Positions 59,257-64,000 of a stretch of DNA of 64,000 bases are shown one piece after another. The notes under the pieces are model-generated. The model was not told where the DNA came from. It made no database searches and worked only from the letters and a program-made list of their open reading frames with translations. Location of the stretch: positions 128,001-192,000 of the forward strand of contig JAUQPB010000001.1 of NCBI GenBank assembly GCA_030550585.1. Reading direction: 5' to 3'. The stretch's first letter is position 1; the number at the start of each line of letters is the position of its first letter. The stretch is from Thermoproteota archaeon (GTDB taxonomy: Archaea; Thermoproteota; Thermoprotei_A; Sulfolobales; Ignisphaeraceae). The translations under genes were made by a program, and so were the position numbers.

Positions 59257-60402
59257 TTGATCGATATGAGTGGAGGGCGTGAGTATTTAGAGGCACTGGC
59301 CAGAAAATATGTCCATGAAGCTATGATGAATGAGAAGGTTGGAAATAAAATAGATGCTGCGAAGAACTATAAGAAGGCTGCTGAAATAATAATGATGATA
59401 ATAAACAACTATAAAAACGATCCGATGATACATATATACAAGAGCTTGGCCGAAAGCTACATTAATAAGGCGAAGGAGCTAGAAGAAGAGTCAAAGGTTT
59501 CTGTATCAATAGGTGGTGAAAAAGAGGAGACAGATGAGGATGTTGTAAAAGACTATGTACTGATAGAAAAACCCTCTGTTAAATTCGAGGATGTTATAGG
59601 ATTGGATTCGGCTAAGCAAGCTATAATAGACTCTATTGTTTATCCAACAAAGAGACCAGACCTATTCCCTCTTGGCTGGCCTCGAAATATACTCCTATAT
59701 GGTCCGCCAGGCTGTGGAAAAACATTGTTGGCAGCTGCTGTAGCCAATGAAATAGATGGGGTGTTCATGCAAATTGATGCGGCTAATCTAATGTCTAAGT
59801 GGTTGGGTGAGGCTGAGAAAAGAGTTGCTGCAATATTCAGATACGCCAGAAAGGTTGGAACGTCAAAACCTGTTATAATATTCGTAGACGAGGCCGACAG
59901 CCTTCTTGGAGTCTACGAGAATGAGATTGGTGGTGAGGCTAGGGTTAGAAACCAGTTTCTAAAGGAACTAGATGGCTTAGGGGATAAAGGCAAAAAATAT
60001 TTCATATATGTGATTGCTGCAACCAACAAGCCATGGAAGCTTGATATAGGCTTTTTGAGGAGATTCCAAAGAAGGATATATATACCACCTCCAAATAAAG
60101 AGGCTAGGAAGAGTCTATTCGAGTACTATACCAAGTTCTTCAAACTTGCTCCAGATGTAAACCTCGACCAGCTAGCAGAAAAGACGGAGGGCTACTCAGC
60201 TAGCGATATAAGAGACATTGTTTTAGAGGCTTATCTCAGAACTGTAAGAGAATTGTTTAGATCTAACAACATAAATGACAATCCAAGGCCCATAACAATG
60301 CAAGACTTTATAGAGGTTATTCAGCATAGAAAACCCAGCATCTCACCAGAGATGCTAAAACTCTATGAGGAGTGGGGTAAGAACTTTGGTGCCGTAGCTT
60401 AG
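59257..60402 (+). CDS. cdvC: Vps4-like AAA ATPase CdvC
   Basis: MIT domain, GPPGCGKT, SKWLGE, FVDE, ATNKPW, RRFQRR. Confidence 0.95.
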   Translation: MIDMSGGREYLEALARKYVHEAMMNEKVGNKIDAAKNYKKAAEIIMMIINNYKNDPMIHIYKSLAESYINKAKELEEESKVSVSIGGEKEETDEDVVKDYVLIEKPSVKFEDVIGLDSAKQAIIDSIVYPTKRPDLFPLGWPRNILLYGPPGCGKTLLAAAVANEIDGVFMQIDAANLMSKWLGEAEKRVAAIFRYARKVGTSKPVIIFVDEADSLLGVYENEIGGEARVRNQFLKELDGLGDKGKKYFIYVIAATNKPWKLDIGFLRRFQRRIYIPPPNKEARKSLFEYYTKFFKLAPDVNLDQLAEKTEGYSASDIRDIVLEAYLRTVRELFRSNNINDNPRPITMQDFIEVIQHRKPSISPEMLKLYEEWGKNFGAVA

Positions 60403-60459
60403 ACATCAATAAACTATAAATTGTTTACTATTGATAACAGTTCATTAGAATTTCATGCA

Positions 60460-60867
60460 CTAGCTCTTTATCTCTATATACTCAAGTAGCTCTGGAACAT
60501 ATTTAAGCACATCATCGATTGTAACTATTCCCATAACCCTCCCAGCATTGTTAACAACTGGTATATGACCGTGTCCTGTACCTATCATGAGGTTTATAAC
60601 ATCTTTGAGAGGTGTATTGGGCTCTACAACGGTGACAGGTCTAGAGAGTATCTGGGTGATTTTGGTTGATTTGGGGTCTAACCCCTTGGCAAAGACTTTT
60701 ATCACAATATCTTTTGCTGTTACAACGCCGAAAACAACATCATTTTCATCAACAACTATTAGCGAGGCAATGTTGTATCTCTCCATCACCTTTATCGCGT
60801 CATATACCGTTGCATCTACTTTTACACAAATTGGGTTGGGCACCATTATGTCAGATGCTCTAAGCAT
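60460..60867 (-). CDS. CBS-domain pair protein
   Basis: Two CBS repeats (ASDIM, GVVTAKD, HIPVV, GIVTIDD). Confidence 0.9.
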   Translation of the reverse strand: MLRASDIMVPNPICVKVDATVYDAIKVMERYNIASLIVVDENDVVFGVVTAKDIVIKVFAKGLDPKSTKITQILSRPVTVVEPNTPLKDVINLMIGTGHGHIPVVNNAGRVMGIVTIDDVLKYVPELLEYIEIKS

Positions 60868-62912
60868 TTTTTCAGCACCTCTCTAGCATTTTCATTTACA
60901 ACCATTTTAACTATTTTGCTTCTGCCCGGTATTTTTGCTTTCAGTTCATCTAGGTCAATAGATTTTACAATCACATCTAGACCATTCTTTTTCAATTCAG
61001 TAGCAAGCTTCTCAATAATCTCCTCAATTTTTAGATCTCCTGGCTGCAAAACCATGTACCAAATACCCTTTTTCGAAACTGTGGCCTCAGAGCCGACAAT
61101 GATCCTAGCCACGCATTGGTCTTCACTAGTTTCTGAAACCTCCATTCCAATGGCTATTCTAAGCTCCACATTGTCTATGAAATTCTTTTTACCATATACC
61201 ATGAATCCTCCACGTGGAAGATATTCGCCGGATGGTGGTGATAAAGACACTTGAGAGCCTAGAACCCAAAAAACATTAATTGTGTGAAGACCGAGCTTCC
61301 ATGCTTTACTATAGGATGCTGCCAAAACAGCTGCCTCTCTTAGAGTCTCTTCATCGACTTGCCTATTATCAGTTTTGATTATTACTGTGCTACCACCATG
61401 GATATCAGCATGCATCACAATGTCGTCATCTCTCAGAAGCTTTTTAATGAGATATATATTTTGGCTTGCATCTCTTCCACCCAGGATTAGAAAACCGGAT
61501 GGTGTTATTGTCCAATGGAATTTTTCAAACCATTCCCTCCTTCTAGAAATTGAGAGCCTTACACTCTTCTCTTCAACACTAGTTTCTTCGCTTAGCCTCT
61601 TAATCTCCTCTTCTATTCTCTTCATTTCTGCAACTGTCCTTTCTATACCTTCAGATACGTCACTTAACATCTTTCTATACTCATTGTATATTAAAACCAA
61701 TGATTTTCTTACATTCAACTCGATGCGAATCCCACCAATATCTATATAGTATAGTCCCTTGCTCTGATCATATCCAGCAATTCTATTGCTACATCTACTT
61801 ATATGCTCCCAACCATACTGTTTAACAACTGTTTGAGCACATTGATGCAAATTCTCTATCTCTGGGTAATTCTCCTCAATAGCCGACACAATTTTGCTGA
61901 TAAGATCTTTCTTATTTTCATATGTCTTCAGAGTCGATTCCATATCTTGTAATGTGTGCTTCAGTTTCTCAATTCTGTCGATAATCGGCTTTATTCTAGA
62001 ATTTTTAACAAGATCTTCAATACCATATGCAAAGAACTTGTTGATTACGTCATTAAAACTTTGGCTTGTTTCAACTTTATATGTATTACCAACTGTAAAC
62101 TGGGGTGGTATAAAGGGGTAGAATCCTAGTGGAATGTTATTTGCATATACTATACAAGGAGCTGGCCTCTTTGTAACTTGATCAACAATATTTTTTATAT
62201 TATCAATAACACATTTTATGATGTCTTCAATCGATTCATTTTTATTCATACCCTTCTCGCATAAAAAAGCACCTGCCTCAACCACTTCTGGGGGAAACCC
62301 AAACGTTTTTATTATATAGGAAACAATATTCTGTTTTTTCTCATCAGATCTTCTTATCCCTTCTAGAACTTTCGTAATTTCTATGTCGTCTTGCCATTGT
62401 TTTGGCGGAAACACATATTTTGATTTTGGTGCTATGACCCTATCCTTCATTTTCCTATATTCCAATGCTATGACTACATTGTAATCAGGATCCGTAAGGA
62501 CGATTGTGCCTCGCGGTAGTAGTTCTATAATAAGTCTTTTCTCCTTATCTCCGCACACAATTTTCATAACAACTATTCTTTCTCTGTCATACTGATCTAC
62601 TGAAGCTATTTTGCAATCTCTTATGTGTGATCTCCAAAGGCTGGTCAAATTCTTTGAATGGTCTATATCTATCTTCGAATCAGATAAAGATATTCTCTTG
62701 CCTGGCTCAATAACTAAATAATGTGGTCTTATCTCGCCCCCTTTTCTGAGCTTTAAAATGGCTAAGTTCTTTGAGTATATGTACACGTTGTCTATATAGG
62801 AATTCTCGACATGACTTTTCTGTTCATTAATCCATACACTTATATCTAGCCAGCTCATAGAATTTTTCTGGCGTTTTTGCAATGACACAACATCCTGTTG
62901 AGGCATTTCCAC
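60846..62912 (-). CDS. rqcH: Ribosome rescue protein RqcH/NEMF (NFACT)
   Basis: MSWLD, ER, EL, WFEKFHW, GGRDASQN, HADIHG, YSKAW, SGEYLPRG; true start probably 62882 (TTG) or 62858. Confidence 0.92.
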   Translation of the reverse strand: MEMPQQDVVSLQKRQKNSMSWLDISVWINEQKSHVENSYIDNVYIYSKNLAILKLRKGGEIRPHYLVIEPGKRISLSDSKIDIDHSKNLTSLWRSHIRDCKIASVDQYDRERIVVMKIVCGDKEKRLIIELLPRGTIVLTDPDYNVVIALEYRKMKDRVIAPKSKYVFPPKQWQDDIEITKVLEGIRRSDEKKQNIVSYIIKTFGFPPEVVEAGAFLCEKGMNKNESIEDIIKCVIDNIKNIVDQVTKRPAPCIVYANNIPLGFYPFIPPQFTVGNTYKVETSQSFNDVINKFFAYGIEDLVKNSRIKPIIDRIEKLKHTLQDMESTLKTYENKKDLISKIVSAIEENYPEIENLHQCAQTVVKQYGWEHISRCSNRIAGYDQSKGLYYIDIGGIRIELNVRKSLVLIYNEYRKMLSDVSEGIERTVAEMKRIEEEIKRLSEETSVEEKSVRLSISRRREWFEKFHWTITPSGFLILGGRDASQNIYLIKKLLRDDDIVMHADIHGGSTVIIKTDNRQVDEETLREAAVLAASYSKAWKLGLHTINVFWVLGSQVSLSPPSGEYLPRGGFMVYGKKNFIDNVELRIAIGMEVSETSEDQCVARIIVGSEATVSKKGIWYMVLQPGDLKIEEIIEKLATELKKNGLDVIVKSIDLDELKAKIPGRSKIVKMVVNENAREVLKKCLEHLT

Positions 62913-63190
62913 TTCGCCTGAAGATACTGCTCATCAGGGGTCTTTACGGCCTGGTAACATCCGCTATTGTAACTATCTTCTCATTGCATGCATATTACGA
63001 GTCTGTCCTAACAGGTTTATTAGGTTCTATTGCCCCATACTTTACATGGACCTTAATAATACTTTTGTATATACCAACCATAGCGATTGTTAAAGCACTT
63101 GGAGTAACTAAGAGATTTGAACTTTATTTGAGAGGTTTTTCAGTGTATTTCGTCATCTTCATACTTACAAATATTGTTATTGCCAGCTAA
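62882..63190 (+). CDS. Small 3-TM membrane protein
   Basis: Three hydrophobic segments; fills the gap between two minus-strand genes. Confidence 0.55.
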   Translation: MTQHPVEAFPLRLKILLIRGLYGLVTSAIVTIFSLHAYYESVLTGLLGSIAPYFTWTLIILLYIPTIAIVKALGVTKRFELYLRGFSVYFVIFILTNIVIAS

Positions 63191-63790
63191 GACCCTAGCT
63201 TCGTATATAGGAGAGAATTCTGCTACAATAGCTATGTAGTCTTTTGGCAAAACAATATTTCCACTATCATCGATAGGAAATGCGTAGGGCAACTCTATCT
63301 CCAGCTCCATGTCATGTGCAAGCTTCTTGCTTATCTTCAAGCCAAACACATACTTTATCTCCTCAAGCCTCCTCCCATTCTCTATAAGCTTAACAACATA
63401 GGCGGCTCCAGCAATGGTATACTGATGCTTTCCAATGTTTCTAGCCTTGGCTAGCAAAAGTTTTGAGGTGATTAACTTTTTTGTTCTTCCAGCTGGCGGA
63501 TGAGAGCCCATTATACCCCCTATAACCACATATTCACTACTCTTTAGATCGCTAGTAGTAAGAGGTTCTTCTGCAGCAGGATCCAAAACAACAACATTTG
63601 TATTGTTACTCAGCAACACCGTTGCCGATTCTCTATACACTTTTCCAAGTGGTTTTAGCAACTGTGCATCTCTATCACTTTTTACATTAGTGAAAATGAC
63701 TCTACCTCTGAAGAGATTCGACACAAACTCATATTCTTTAAAAAGCCACCTATTTACACAAGGTTCTAGATGCTCTACCACAATCTGCAT
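63140..63790 (-). CDS. SPOUT-class methyltransferase (Sfm1/DUF431-like)
   Basis: VVEHLE..W..EY, VLDP.A, IGGIMG.HPP.GRT, ARNIG..Q, ELPY. Confidence 0.85.
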   Translation of the reverse strand: MQIVVEHLEPCVNRWLFKEYEFVSNLFRGRVIFTNVKSDRDAQLLKPLGKVYRESATVLLSNNTNVVVLDPAAEEPLTTSDLKSSEYVVIGGIMGSHPPAGRTKKLITSKLLLAKARNIGKHQYTIAGAAYVVKLIENGRRLEEIKYVFGLKISKKLAHDMELEIELPYAFPIDDSGNIVLPKDYIAIVAEFSPIYEARVLAGNNNICKYEDDEIH

Positions 63791-63881
63791 TGTCTACATA
63801 CCAACATTCTTATAAAGCTTACAAACAAAAATTTTTAAATTGCGATCAAAGCGAAATAGAGTTAGAGTGGGATGAATCTGA

Positions 63882-64000
63882 ATGGCAACAGCACAGCAAA
63901 AACCTTCGATAACCCCCATGAAGCTACTAAGAGGATCTATGAATAAAACGGTGCTTGTGAAGGTTAAGGAAAATACAGAATTCGTTGGAAAACTAGTTAT
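63882..64000 (+). CDS. Sm-like archaeal protein (5' part; truncated by window)
   Basis: MATAQQKPSITPMKLLRGSMNKTVLVKVKENTEFVGKL, start of the Sm1 motif. Confidence 0.85.
   Translation, partial: MATAQQKPSITPMKLLRGSMNKTVLVKVKENTEFVGKLV

Overview
AT-rich, gene-dense archaeal chromosome segment. The cdvA-cdvB-cdvC ESCRT division locus, ribosomal protein eL38, GGTGA-type Shine-Dalgarno sites and TATA promoters point to a crenarchaeote (Thermoproteota, probably Desulfurococcales/Ignisphaera-like; the taxon is an inference). In order it holds: a de novo purine operon (purC-S-Q-L-F-F'-D-T), a heavily N-glycosylatable secreted coiled-coil protein, a 2-hydroxyacid dehydrogenase/HpcH aldolase pair, class III ribonucleotide reductase, ABC transporters, TldD-like, moaA, radical SAM and ferredoxin genes, valS, biotin-dependent carboxyltransferase and carrier genes interleaved with GH57/NDP-sugar genes, a HEPN-MNT pair beside a decayed tnpB, tRNA(CAU), a KaiC-like ATPase, cdvABC, rqcH and an Sm protein. 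I saw no CRISPR array, rRNA or intact mobile element. Signals missing from the ORF track: three box C/D guide sRNAs, a 19-aa Lys-rich micro-ORF with its own promoter, SD and terminator, a probable ATA start for valS, and a near-identical 17-bp promoter shared by the separated carboxylase subunit genes. Two ORF-track proteins also carry divergent JAMM-like motifs. All family assignments come from motif recognition only; no searches were run.
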